Positions 33,636 through 45,181 of a stretch of 64,000 bases of DNA are shown piece by piece. The notes below the pieces were generated by a model. It made no database searches. It had not been told where the DNA came from and was given only the letters and a program-made list of their open reading frames with translations. The position numbers were made by a program, and so were the translations under genes. The first letter of the stretch is position 1. Every line of letters begins with the position of its first letter. Origin of the DNA: Histomonas meleagridis 2922-C6/04-290x (Eukaryota; Protista; Parabasalia); NCBI GenBank assembly GCA_020184695.1, contig JAANOX010000078.1, forward strand, positions 62,001 to 126,000, written 5' to 3'.

Positions 33636-34697
33636 TTATGTATTATATGGATTTCTTGTGTATTCAAATGACCCGAGTGATGAATTTCTCGTTTTCCTTA
33701 TCATGCTTAATGAGTTCATTGATTCCTTTATATAATTTAATTGTTCTTTAGCTGAACGAAGTGCATTGACAAAATTTTGATCAACAATTTCGGTGTTATT
33801 AACTGAAAGTGAATGTAGCGATTGAAAGTTTATTCTGTTTTGCTTATGTGAATTAGAAAAAGAGTTTATTTGCTTGTGTGAATTTGTATCAGCATCATCA
33901 TTCACATAAGATATATCTTCTAGTACAAAAACAGGCGAAAGATTGAGTTCTGGTTTATCATTTTTAGGTGAAAAATCGCGATTTTCATCTTCACTTGAAA
34001 AATATATTTCCTTCGAAATTGTTAAAGAATGAGGTTTTGGAATCGAATTATTAATACTCAAGAGGGATGAGGGCATTGTGGGAATTTGTTGCTCAAATTC
34101 TTCGGATTCATCAGATTTGATCATAAGATTTGAATACTTAGATTCTTTTGGTAAGGATTCTTTCGGAATGGTATCACAGAGGCTAAAAGAAAAACAAATT
34201 TCTGTTTGTTCATCTTCTATTGAAAGTGGTTTGATACTATTTGGAGAAAATAAATCTTCTGTAAGATCTGTTTGAGAATCATCTGAATCACTAAACGTGA
34301 TTCTTTTTTTAATAGGTGTTTTTGTTACACTTTCATATTCTGGAATGTCGTTAGACAGATTTTGATTATCAATTTCAGATTCTAATTGATTTGAATTTAT
34401 TGAAGGGCTGTTTGTATTGGTAAAATTGCTGTTATTTTTGGTAGTTTCTGATGAATTAGTTGGATTTTTGATATTTTGAGGTGTGATTTCAACTGTTGAA
34501 AGACACATGTTTTTAACCAACGAATCCAAAGATTCTTCTTCTTCTTCCTCTTCATTTACAAAAAACTTATCGTTTAAAATGGATGAATGAATATGAAGTT
34601 TTTTCTCATATTTTTCTATTGACCCGTAAATATTTGAAGTTGTTATAGAAGAATTATCTAAGAAACTTTCCAATTCGCTGTCGATATCATCTTCCAT
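33636..34697 (-). CDS. hypothetical acidic Ser/Asn-rich, probably disordered protein
   Basis: 353-aa ATG ORF of low complexity. Confidence 0.65.
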   Translation of the reverse strand: MEDDIDSELESFLDNSSITTSNIYGSIEKYEKKLHIHSSILNDKFFVNEEEEEEESLDSLVKNMCLSTVEITPQNIKNPTNSSETTKNNSNFTNTNSPSINSNQLESEIDNQNLSNDIPEYESVTKTPIKKRITFSDSDDSQTDLTEDLFSPNSIKPLSIEDEQTEICFSFSLCDTIPKESLPKESKYSNLMIKSDESEEFEQQIPTMPSSLLSINNSIPKPHSLTISKEIYFSSEDENRDFSPKNDKPELNLSPVFVLEDISYVNDDADTNSHKQINSFSNSHKQNRINFQSLHSLSVNNTEIVDQNFVNALRSAKEQLNYIKESMNSLSMIRKTRNSSLGSFEYTRNPYNT

Positions 34698-34753
34698 AAA
34701 AAATTTCTTGTTTGAGCTTGAAAACCGTTTATTTTTTCAGAGTTTAAAAATAG

Positions 34754-35269
34754 ATGTCAACAATAATCGTTGTTAACATCTTTGATCTAATTTTATTTAT
34801 AACACTTGTTGCGCCATATATACTCTATTCAATTGCATATAAATATCCTCAAATATTCAAACGATTTATGACACAAAATCAACTTATTTTATTATCATCT
34901 ATCATGAAAACCATTTGCATGGTATTATATGCAGCTTATGGTTTCCAAGGCAAGTTTACATTTAAATATATTTATATTAGTATTGTTTGTATTGCTATAG
35001 GTCAATATCTTAATTATATCGTTTATACACGTCTTGGCAAAGTACGTGCATATTATGGCTGGGAACTTGGTATTGATAATTCACCTCCAATTCATGGCTT
35101 CCCATTTGATATTGGACATCCACAGTACAAAGGTTGCTTCCTTACGCTTCTTGGAACGTATCTTTTGTTTGAGGCAACCAAAAAGTTCACATTTTTCACA
35201 ATAATATGGACCATTATGTACTTTTATATCACCCTTATTGAGAGCACTTCTCCTGGAAGAAAAGCATGA
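34754..35269 (+). CDS. phospholipid methyltransferase (PEMT/Opi3-like)
   Basis: Multi-TM; RLGKVRAYYGWELG and GFPFDIGHPQYKG match the PEMT family signature. Confidence 0.7.
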   Translation: MSTIIVVNIFDLILFITLVAPYILYSIAYKYPQIFKRFMTQNQLILLSSIMKTICMVLYAAYGFQGKFTFKYIYISIVCIAIGQYLNYIVYTRLGKVRAYYGWELGIDNSPPIHGFPFDIGHPQYKGCFLTLLGTYLLFEATKKFTFFTIIWTIMYFYITLIESTSPGRKA

Positions 35270-35593
35270 GTAAAAAGTAATTAGACGCATAAAAAAAAAT
35301 TTTTAAATAATTCAAGGAACGCAAATGAAGAATTGTTTAGATGACCAATGATATTTTTAACCATAGTTATTATTTGCTAAGCCAAATTGTGTTTGAAATA
35401 TCATTGTTATCAATTTGAAATGTGTTTCATGTGTATCCATTAAATTATCGCAATATTTTCCTATTGTTCTAATTTGCTCACGCCAAAATGCACTAAAATA
35501 AAGTTTTCAATGATATGTTCGCATTTTTTTGAATATGTCGATAAGGGCGAAAAGATTTTCACTAGGTTTGCTTGTCCGGTACTATAAAACAAA

Positions 35594-37818
35594 ATGAACA
35601 ATTGGGAAACAATTCAGTTTATTCAACAAAAAATATTTTCCTTAAATAAAGAAAATCTTGTTCAAGCAGCTATTTCAGTGTTTGATATATTTGATAATAA
35701 TTATCAGTATTCATTTAACTTACTTATTAGTCAAATAATTTATTCATCATTTGTAGCAGGTATGAATGATTTAGAAGTCTATATGAATTTCATTAAAGAA
35801 ATAAAAAAATTTGAAGATAACAAACAAACTCAAAGTAAAATACATAAAGTTTTTTTACAAATGATTTTAAATATATATTCTCAAGAATCAAATTATTTTC
35901 TTGAGAGAATGATTCAAGAAAATTTATGCGAATCAAACATAGTTGTACAGATGAGAGAAGAATCGTATTTTATACATTACATGTCCAAAAAATTTCTAGA
36001 AAAAAAAGAATATTTGAAACAAAATATAGTAAACATTGAAAAACTTTCAAAGAATGATTGGGAAATTCATAAGAAACTTATTAAAGAAGGACAAAATCCT
36101 AATGAAATTTCGAAAATAATTCGAAATGATGAAATAGAAAAACTTCAAGAAATATCAGCACAAAATGAATTCGATTTTAATCAAACAATTAAACCATCAC
36201 TTTATGAAAGATGTTCTTTTATTAATACACAAAATGTTACATTAATTGATTATGCAGCATTTTTCGGATCAATTAAATGTTTTAAATATTTACTTATGAA
36301 TGGTTCTGATATAAAAAATACAGGTAGGTATGCAGTTGCAGGTGGAAATGAAGAAATCATTCATTTATGTGAACAAAATCATTCATCATTTGAAGGTGCA
36401 TATGAAGTAGCAATTGAATTTCATCGAAATGATATCTTTAAATATCTTTATGAAAATAAAATTGCTGAAATTAATAATTTAGAAGAATTTGGAAAGAAGT
36501 GTATTTCATCTCATAATTATGAAATTTTTATATTTTTACAAAAAGAAGGGATGCTAATTTGCGAAAACATTATTAATGAATCAACAAAAATTGGAAACAT
36601 ATTTCTCATAAAACATTTTCTTGAATGTAATCAAATTCCGAAAGATATTTTAGTATTTTCATCAGAGTCAGGAAATATTGAACTTGTTAATTATATTTTA
36701 ATACAAGAAGGAATTGATATTAATGCTAAAGATATTTATTTGTTTTATTTAAAATTTATTTTAATAATTTGATATTTCAAAATAATATTTGGAAATTATT
36801 TAAATTATTTAAAACAGCACTTATGTGGGCATCTGAAAATGGTCGTACAGAAATCGTTAAATTACTTCTTAAACAAGAAGGAATTGATATCAATGCTAAA
36901 GATATTTATTTGTTTTATTTAAAATTTATTTTAATAATTTGATATTTCAAAATAATATTTGGAAATTATTTAAAATATTTGATACAGCACTTATGTGGGC
37001 ATCTTTAGAAGGTCATAAAGAAATCGTTAAATTACTTCTTGAACAAGAAAGAATTGATATCAATGCTAAAGATATTTATTTGATTTATTTAAAATTTATT
37101 TTAATAATTTGATATTTCAAAATAATATTTGGAAATCATTTAAATTATTTAGAACAGCACTTATGGAAGCATCTTATAATGGTCATACAGAAACAGTTAA
37201 ATTACTTCTTGAACAAATAGGAATTGATATTAATGCTAAAGATATTTATTCGTTTTATTTATAATTTATTTTAATAATTTGATATTTCGAAATAATATTT
37301 GGAAATCATTTAAATTATTTAGAACAGCACTTATGGAAGCATCTTATAATGGTCATACAGAAACAGTTAAATTACTTCTTGAACAAATAGGAATTGATAT
37401 TAATGCTAAAGATATTTATTTGTTTTGTTTATAATTTATTTTAATAATTTGATATTTTAATATAATATTTGGAAATTATTTAAATTATTTAAAACAGCAC
37501 TTATGTGGGCATCTTTAGGAGGTCATAAAGAAATAGTTAAATTACTTCTTGAAAAAGAAGGAATTGATATTAATGCTAAAGATATTTATTTGATTTATTT
37601 AAAATTTATTTTAATAATTTGATATTTCAAAATAATATTTGGAAATTATTTAAAATAATATCATATTTGAAAATTATATAAAGTATTTTGAACAGCATAC
37701 ATGTACGCAAGAAAATGAATATACCGAAATAATTGAAATGTTTCGTAAAAAAGAAGGAATCCAAGATGATATAACAGATAAAGCAAATGATCAAATGGAA
37801 TTCTTTCCATTTTGGTAA
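35594..37818 (+). CDS. DUF3447/ankyrin gene with six inserted spacers in its ankyrin array
   Basis: ORF 35594-36772 continues as 93-nt ankyrin segments at an exact 170-nt period (GAT at 36731, 36901, 37071, 37241, 37411, 37581); last repeat degenerate. Confidence 0.75.
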
Positions 37819-37819
37819 G

Positions 37820-38304
37820 GAATTGGTATCATTCTAAAAAACTTACCGAATAAACATATATAAAAAGTTAAAGAATTTTTAAAACACGTAACATATTTTA
37901 ATGAGCTTTGAAGTTGTTTGGTTACATAATTTGAAGTAAAAAGAAAATGTTTAAAGTGTAATAAAGAGAAATATCAATTACATTCCCTCACCAAAAATTG
38001 TGTTGTAAAATCATTCGACTTTTTCTGTAAAAAATTCAAACAAATTTAGTTTGCCATTAATTACATCAATTTTTTGTTTGAAAAAAAATATGTCAATTTA
38101 TTCCTACAAAAGGATGCTATCACAAGGTGTGGATATGTATAAGGAAAAAGGTATAATAAAATGGTGTGAACAATTATAGTTGAAACAAATTTTTGAAGTG
38201 GTGGTGGATGCATACAACTTTTTTCTTTCATTTTTCAAGTAAAATTGTAAACTTTCATACATCCAGCTGACCATGGTCTATACCTAAAAAAAAAAAAAAA
38301 AAAA
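37820..38304 (+). pseudogene. decayed coding remnant ending in an A19 tract (possible retrocopy, USP-like fragment)
   Basis: FEVKRKCLKCNKE resembles a USP zinc knuckle; many stops; poly(A) at 38286-38304. Confidence 0.25.
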
Positions 38305-38538
38305 TAAAACCTTTTTATTTTATACTTTGTTTGATTGATGAACGCTCATCATTTTAGGAAAACAACAAGAAAATTATGATGAACTTTTACATAATGATTT
38401 TGAACTTCATAATTATGTTAAAAAATGCGTTAATTATATACAATGAATTAACAATATATTTGTTATTTTCATAATAATTTACTTTTTGTTCAAACTTAAT
38501 TTATCACAGATAAAAGCAGAACTACTCAAGACGAACAC

Positions 38539-39331
38539 TTATTTGAAATTGAAATATCTTTGATAAACAATATCTTCTGTAGTAAATTTAATAGTATTAT
38601 TATATGTTATGTTTGTCATAACTTCTACATCATATTTAGAATTTTCGCTAATCATATATTTATAACATTTGATTCCCGTAGTAACATTAACATCAGCTTC
38701 TGAATTATCGATTTCTTTGCCTTCACGATTATATGATACAACTTTAAATGTGTATAACGTTCCAACATCGTGTGCTTCGATTATTGCTAAATAATTAATT
38801 AGATCTTTTGTTACCTTGCTAATCACTGGATTTGCTTTGTCAATCGAATAGTGATGTTCTTCAAACTCGTGTTCAGTCGTCCTTTGCTTAAGATAAAACA
38901 TAGTGTTAACAAAGACTATCCTTTCAAATTCTGTTGCATTACATTTGCTGTGTCCTGTTTGAATCATTGCTGTGTTTCCATAAGTATTAAGATAAAAATT
39001 TTCTGTTTCAGATATTTGACTGGTACTATCGGGAAACGAATACCAAATATCTCCAGTGGCATTTTGCTTCGCTGTATGAGAAAAGTAAATTATATATATA
39101 TTGTTATTAAATACCAAATAAATAAAACAAATATATAATTATTTAAAGAAATATCCCTCGCATTAACATCAATTCCTTTTTGTTCAAGAAGTAATTTAAC
39201 AACATCTATATAGGCATTTCCAGATGCTTGCATTAGAGCTGATCTAAAGAATTTGAATAAAATTGAAAAATTATTTTGATATATAAAATTATTAAAACAA
39301 ACAAAAAATAAAACAAATTAATACCTTTAGC
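38539..39331 (-). CDS. ankyrin segment plus two inserts joined to an unrelated 192-aa ORF; 5' end missing
   Basis: INAKG-[77 nt]-RSALMQASGNAYIDVVKLLLEQKGIDVNARD-[74 nt]-HTAKQNATGDIWYSF... Confidence 0.5.
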
Positions 39332-39454
39332 ATTAATATCAATAAAAAATGAATGAATTCAAAATAATTTATATTCACTTATTTTTTTGTTATAAGTTAT
39401 TAAACATAAACAAATAAAATAAAATTGAAACAAAATTTTAATACAAAAAATCGC

Positions 39455-41086
39455 TTAGTTTTGAGTTTCGAGTTGAGATGGATTCATAATACTCTCTATT
39501 GTTTCTAAAATTGGCGATGTATCAACTTTTTTGGTCTTTGGAGCTATGAATTGTGGGAGAACAACATTTGAAATCTGTGGCGTTGTGCATGATACCATTG
39601 AACTAAGTATTTCAGTAAGCGCTTTTCTTCTTTGAGATATATTAGATTCAACTGGTGGAGGAAGTTCAAAGTTTTCATTACTTTGAGGTACGTCAACTTC
39701 TTCAATTGGTATCGAAAAATCAATTTGTTGAAATTCCTGTGCAATATTTTGAGGAAGTTTCGAAATTACATTAGACTGAAATTTTTGTATCGAAGTATTT
39801 TTGCATGTTTCATCATCTTGGATTATTTCCGGGAGTTGAATATGAATACTCCCATCATCTTTAACGTCCTCCGTGACATGTGATTTGAAAGACGGTTTAA
39901 AAGAATCAAAATCAGAAATAAACGTTTTCGTGCGCTCTATTGTTTGTTGTATTTGTTGAGAAAATTTAATCAGCTCTTTGTCGATTTCGGTTTTTCTTAT
40001 ACACTTTGGTTTTGGTGGAGGTACGAATGCTGGAATTTCTAAAGTTTCTTCATATAATTTTTCAATACTAAGTTGATTATCTTTTTTCATGTGGTTGCTT
40101 TGGAGATTTTCGTAGAATTGTCTAAATTGCTCTGACAAAACAACGTCAGGACCTTCTGTAGATTGAGGTTTTAGCTCTTCATTTATAACGAGTGGTGTAA
40201 TTGCATCAATTTGTGAAATGATTTTTAATCTATTTTGGATTTGTGATTCTATAATTTGCATCTCCTGTTCATTTATCTTTTTATTTTCTAGTAAATTTTT
40301 AAGATTTTGAAAGAATTCCAATTGAGATGAATAAATTGATTTTTCCATATTTTCATGGTATTGGAGAATTTTAATGAGGTTCTGAATATCTTCTTCGAGT
40401 GCTTCAACCTTGGAATCGATCGATTGAGAATCGTTGAAATTTTCTATAATTGTTGGGAAAAGTTTGAATTCATCAAATGTAATATCCGAAATTGAGTGCT
40501 TGGTCCATTGAGAGCTTGTAGGAAGGGAGTATTCTTCAGCCAAAATAGATGTGATATCTTCTGAATTATCAAATTTCTCATTTTTATCAATCAGTGATAA
40601 AAGAGAAATTTCATGATCTATTGCCTTTCTTAACTCACGGATTGATTTTATTTCAGTTTCTAACTCTGAATAATCGCATGTTGAATACTCTTGAGAAATG
40701 ATTTCTAAAATTTCATTAATTTTTTCATTAATTTCAGATATAGTAGTCGACGAAATATCCGGAACTTCTGCTTCGCCATAATCTTTATTTTTTTCTTGGA
40801 ATAAACTGATGAGTCTTTCTATTTGAACAGATTGTTGTTCATATTGATTGATTAATTTTTTGTTGTATGATACTTTTTCATGGCCTTCATTGTTTTCTGA
40901 CCTTAATTGGTTCAGTTCTTCTTTAAGCATTGATATCATTTTTTCTTTTTCATTAATTTGGAAATTAATATTATCTAATTGTTCTAATGCTAATTCATAT
41001 TCTGACTTTCCTTTTATGACTTCTGAATGAATTTTTGAAATATTATTATAAATTTCATTTGGTGCCTGATAAAGGTGCTCAGCCAT
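39455..41086 (-). CDS. hypothetical coiled-coil protein
   Basis: 543-aa ATG ORF with heptad-rich N-terminal half. Confidence 0.7.
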   Translation of the reverse strand: MAEHLYQAPNEIYNNISKIHSEVIKGKSEYELALEQLDNINFQINEKEKMISMLKEELNQLRSENNEGHEKVSYNKKLINQYEQQSVQIERLISLFQEKNKDYGEAEVPDISSTTISEINEKINEILEIISQEYSTCDYSELETEIKSIRELRKAIDHEISLLSLIDKNEKFDNSEDITSILAEEYSLPTSSQWTKHSISDITFDEFKLFPTIIENFNDSQSIDSKVEALEEDIQNLIKILQYHENMEKSIYSSQLEFFQNLKNLLENKKINEQEMQIIESQIQNRLKIISQIDAITPLVINEELKPQSTEGPDVVLSEQFRQFYENLQSNHMKKDNQLSIEKLYEETLEIPAFVPPPKPKCIRKTEIDKELIKFSQQIQQTIERTKTFISDFDSFKPSFKSHVTEDVKDDGSIHIQLPEIIQDDETCKNTSIQKFQSNVISKLPQNIAQEFQQIDFSIPIEEVDVPQSNENFELPPPVESNISQRRKALTEILSSMVSCTTPQISNVVLPQFIAPKTKKVDTSPILETIESIMNPSQLETQN

Positions 41087-41113
41087 TAAATACAGTCAAT
41101 TTTTTGACATTTA

Positions 41114-41850
41114 ATGTCAATTAGGTTGCGAGACGATAGCTTTTTTTCAGAGAAATATCACAATTCAGAATATTCACATTTTTATTCATATATGAAAATT
41201 CATGAAGGATTTAACACAAATCAATTTAATAATGAGTGGGAAACGCTAATGTCAAGAAAACAATTGGTGTTTGAAGCAAATAAAGAAAATATTATTCACT
41301 CAGCAAATTTAATTTTTAGTGAAATGGAAGAAAATTTCAATTTAACTTTTAACATAATCCTAAGTCAAATGATATACATACTATGTTTTATAAAAATAAA
41401 CGATGTTGATTTTTATTTAAGATTTATGAATGAAATAGAAACTTTGGAAGAAAATAATAAAAATAAAGATAAAATATATGATATATTAAAGAAAATCCTA
41501 AATAAGCCCACACAAGAATATAATTATATTCTTGAACACATGATTGAAAATAATTTTATTCCAGTAAAAGTTGTTCAGAATAAAAAAAAATTCAATATTT
41601 TATGCATTATATTCCTAAAAAAGATATAAACGAAATTTGTAATAAAGTTGAAAAATTTAAAGAACTTTCAAAGAATAATTTTGATCTTCATAAACAATTA
41701 ATTAAAGAAGGAATTGATATTATTTTTCTCTATTATATATTCATTTTAATAATTATGTATTCCAAAAGAATATTTCGAAATAATTGAAAATATTTAGAAC
41801 AGCACTTGAATATGAGATCGCAAAATTACTTCATTCCAATAAGGAATTGA
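41114..41850 (+). pseudogene. DUF3447/ankyrin pseudogene with a large internal deletion
   Basis: Family N-terminus, frameshift near 41610, LHKQLIKEG fused directly to IDI, then one insert and RTALEY. Confidence 0.75.
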
Positions 41851-42115
41851 TTCCTCTTAAAAATTTAAACACTTTTATAATGAATTATTTTTCATTTGTA
41901 CCACTGATGAACTATACACCACTGTAGCGCCTTATATAAGTGTTGGAGCAGTCCCATAATTACTTCATTGAAACTAATTGTAATAATCGAATTTTCATAT
42001 TATTTCCGCAAATTATCGCCAATTAACAGATTTTACTTATAAATTCAACTAAATAACAATTTATATATATTTTTGATATCAATGAGTTTACTAGAAAACA
42101 TTTACACTTAAGTTT

Positions 42116-44770
42116 TCACTTCTTCTTTTTCCTATTCTTTTTAGCCGCCTTCTTCTTGTTCTGCATCAACGTTCCTCCAGCGCCCAATGATATCCTCAAG
42201 TTGAATGGCAATTGGTTAATTACGTCGTTTCCGTTCACCAATTTGATCAGTGCTATTTCTTCCGGTGGCACTCCTTTCATCGACACGAAGTAATTCTGTA
42301 TCACCGGCCACGCCTTTCCTTTCTTCATGTCGCCTGGCGTGAACTTCACTTTGTATTTGAAGTTGTTCAGCGCAGACAATGGCGCAACCATAATATACGC
42401 AGCATAGAACTCGTCATCTCGAAGTGGTTGTCCTGTTAATGAATTAATTCCTTCGACATCGATATCAACAGATAACCCTTCGTTCTCCATCACATCAATT
42501 ACTTCTTGCTCAAGTGGCTGTGGCTTAGGTTTCGGTCGATTCCGTTTTTCTTTACGTTCTTTTCTTCTTCGTGCAACATCTGCTCGCTCTGGTTCTTCCA
42601 TTGCGATTCTTGCTAATTCATAATCACTTAATTCTTCTTCCTCATCATCATCACCTTCTTCTTCATCTTTCTTGTTTTCTTCACCGGCACTTTTCGTATC
42701 GTCGACCAACTTCACTTCACTCTTCACTTCACTTTTCACTTCCTCTTCGGTTTCAACGTTTTGGAATGGAAGTTCTTTTGCGATATCTGCTGAGTCTATT
42801 TGCTCAATAACTGGTTCATCTTCTGTAGTGTCACCTTCATAATCTGATTCTACTCGAATTCTTCTTTCTTCTAAATGATTTTTCACATGTTCTTCTGTTA
42901 CATGGAATAATATTCCAAGTCCCATTTGAGGCATTGTCATTGTCATATAATTCTTCTCGCCTACAATGAAGAATGATCCTGTTTTAGCTTGCTCTTGACC
43001 AAGGACTTTCTTAACTTGATTTGCATATACCCAAAAACATTGACAAGGTTCGTTCGTTTTCCAGGCAGTTGATCTTGCGACAGCAAACTCGGCTGCTTGC
43101 TGTAAACTTATAGGTGATATTGGATGCCCATTAGGGTTCTTAATGATAACAGATGCTGCGCCATGAATTTCGGCATGTAAGTAAATATCATCTTTTTTCA
43201 AATAATGTTTGACCAAAACATCATTTTGTATCTTATCCCTACCAGCTAACACAAGATAATTCTCAGTTGTAATGAACCAATGAAACCTTTCAAACCACCA
43301 AGTCTTCCGTTTTTCTTGAATCGACATTGCAATCGATTTCTTATTCCTCTGTGCTTCTTTATCAACTTTCTTTACTACTTCTTTTTCTTTTTCGGATGTT
43401 CGTTTTAACTTCTCTGCTATAGCTAAACGTGAGTCATAATAAAAAGAAGAATTAGCGTAGGCACTTTTGCGTAAGTCTATCAAAACACGGTGAACATCAC
43501 CTTCGTTATCGGTTATTAATGCCCAAAATTTTCCTTGTTCGAACTCGACTTTGTCTATCATACTCGCAAGTGGATTACCTGATTCTTGATAAGCTCTAAT
43601 TGCTAAACGAATTTCATCCCAACGAATATGATTACCTATGAATGAGTTAATTATATTTCGACAATTTTCTATTTCTGTCGCATGTTCATTAATTAATTGT
43701 CCGATTAAATTAAGTCGATCTAATTCTTCTTGTAATTCTTGTTTCTTTTTCTCAAAATTACGTTTGACACTATTGACTTTACGTTCTGGAATACTTTCAA
43801 TTTGTTTCTTAGACTTTTGGGCAGTTTCTAATTCAGCTTCTGACCATAATTTATCACATGCAATGTCAAAAGTATCGCATTTGGTAACAAACTTTGGGTC
43901 CCATTGTGCTAATTGAATTCCACAAATACATCGGTCCTTAACGTTCTTGGGGGAGTACAAATAGCCGATAGGTTTGGGCGGGAGGACCGTTACTTCGGGC
44001 TCTGGCGGTTGGGGCTCCCCGTCGGACGGTTGTTGGCGGGGTGGCCTAGGTGCGGGTTTAGATAATAAGATTTCATCAAAGCGGCGCATTTCTTTGATGA
44101 ATATGTCAACTTTATCTTTGTCGTAAACAAATGTTTCTAATGTTGAATTAAGTGGAATTTTGGAAACTGTCATTGCATGATCAAAGAAAGTATGTCTATG
44201 GAATGGGAATATCTTTGTTAAGTATGTACGGATTTTTTGGTTTGTTTTCTCGGGAATGTTTTTGAGGGATTCATGAATAAATTCATCTGTTGGTGGAACA
44301 TAATCACGAAATTGATCAACCATATATGGCTGGTTAACACCAACAATTGTGGTTCCTTGGATAACATGGTACCTAAGGACAGCAAGAATTTTACTATCTG
44401 ATTGTTGAAATAGAATAATGTTACCTGCTTGGAAAAGTTCAAGACAAAGCCTTAGATCTCCAAAGCAGAAGTAGACTGCTCTGTCGTTTCCAGGTTGGAT
44501 TATATCATCAAGACGACGAAAACGAAGTAATTTACGAAGACGACAACAAAAATCTGGAGGTGTTTTGGGCTTCTCTCGAGGAAACTCGGTGAGATGGAAA
44601 CGAATTCCATTCTTGATGAGAAGATTACGTGTTACGCCAAGTTTCCAAAATTTGATAATTATAGTGTCTTTGGATATTTGATGGACATTTCCAACCCTCA
44701 TTCCTACAAGTTCTTGTATGGAATCTATTTCAAGTTTGACCTCATGATTGGAAAATCTGAAAAGAGTCAT
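42116..44770 (-). CDS. NEMF: ribosome quality control NEMF/Rqc2 (NFACT) protein
   Basis: N-terminal NFACT (GMRVGNVHQ, FCCRLRKLLR, LELFQAGNIILF), WFERFHWFITTENYLVLAGRD, YLHAEIHGAASV and the C-terminal PGDMKKGKA block. Confidence 0.92.
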   Translation of the reverse strand: MTLFRFSNHEVKLEIDSIQELVGMRVGNVHQISKDTIIIKFWKLGVTRNLLIKNGIRFHLTEFPREKPKTPPDFCCRLRKLLRFRRLDDIIQPGNDRAVYFCFGDLRLCLELFQAGNIILFQQSDSKILAVLRYHVIQGTTIVGVNQPYMVDQFRDYVPPTDEFIHESLKNIPEKTNQKIRTYLTKIFPFHRHTFFDHAMTVSKIPLNSTLETFVYDKDKVDIFIKEMRRFDEILLSKPAPRPPRQQPSDGEPQPPEPEVTVLPPKPIGYLYSPKNVKDRCICGIQLAQWDPKFVTKCDTFDIACDKLWSEAELETAQKSKKQIESIPERKVNSVKRNFEKKKQELQEELDRLNLIGQLINEHATEIENCRNIINSFIGNHIRWDEIRLAIRAYQESGNPLASMIDKVEFEQGKFWALITDNEGDVHRVLIDLRKSAYANSSFYYDSRLAIAEKLKRTSEKEKEVVKKVDKEAQRNKKSIAMSIQEKRKTWWFERFHWFITTENYLVLAGRDKIQNDVLVKHYLKKDDIYLHAEIHGAASVIIKNPNGHPISPISLQQAAEFAVARSTAWKTNEPCQCFWVYANQVKKVLGQEQAKTGSFFIVGEKNYMTMTMPQMGLGILFHVTEEHVKNHLEERRIRVESDYEGDTTEDEPVIEQIDSADIAKELPFQNVETEEEVKSEVKSEVKLVDDTKSAGEENKKDEEEGDDDEEEELSDYELARIAMEEPERADVARRRKERKEKRNRPKPKPQPLEQEVIDVMENEGLSVDIDVEGINSLTGQPLRDDEFYAAYIMVAPLSALNNFKYKVKFTPGDMKKGKAWPVIQNYFVSMKGVPPEEIALIKLVNGNDVINQLPFNLRISLGAGGTLMQNKKKAAKKNRKKKK

Positions 44771-45181
44771 TACTGAAATGTGATGTGAAAATTGGTCATA
44801 CTAAATTCATTTGCAAAATCAAAAACATTTTCAAAGTCAAGTACTCTTTTCAAATCTAATACATTCAAAGACTTTTAAAAAAAACTCGTTCTTCAAATAT
44901 GAAAAATTAAACTTTCTTACATTAACACTTTCATTAACATATGTTTAGCCAATTTCAAGTTATAAGCACATTTAAAATAAATTTCTATCTCATATTTTGA
45001 AGTGTTGTGTACTTATCTAGAAACAGTATTTATTTATAGCATGCGCATTATCGATATTAATGTAATTGCGTTCAGCTGAAATATTTTGCCGAATTTCACT
45101 TATTGAATGCAAACGTTCTGAAAAGTGAAAAAATAATGGGAGGACGTTTAAACGAACGTTAGGAAACAAGATTTGAATTGA

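Noticed and set aside
36745-36810. Programmed -1 ribosomal frameshift (slippery T TTA AAA, 8-nt spacer, stem-loop) as the explanation for the inserts
   Set aside because: It fits some copies, but the -1 frame has stops in the 37414, 23453, 23623 and 23793 copies. The heptamer is lost in 59703, 37244 and 37414. The 78-nt copy at 24586 is in frame with a TAA. Read-through would also add about 25 hydrophobic residues to each ankyrin loop.
36734-36810. Canonical GT-AG or U12 AT-AC introns
   Set aside because: There is no AG at the 3' end and no ACTAAC branch site, and GT is not present in all copies. An AT..AC excision (ATATTT...AAAAC) leaves the downstream ankyrin out of frame.
36731-37620. CRISPR-like repeat-spacer array
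   Set aside because: Eukaryotic context; the spacers are homologous ankyrin-coding segments, the repeats are 77 nt, and there are no cas genes.
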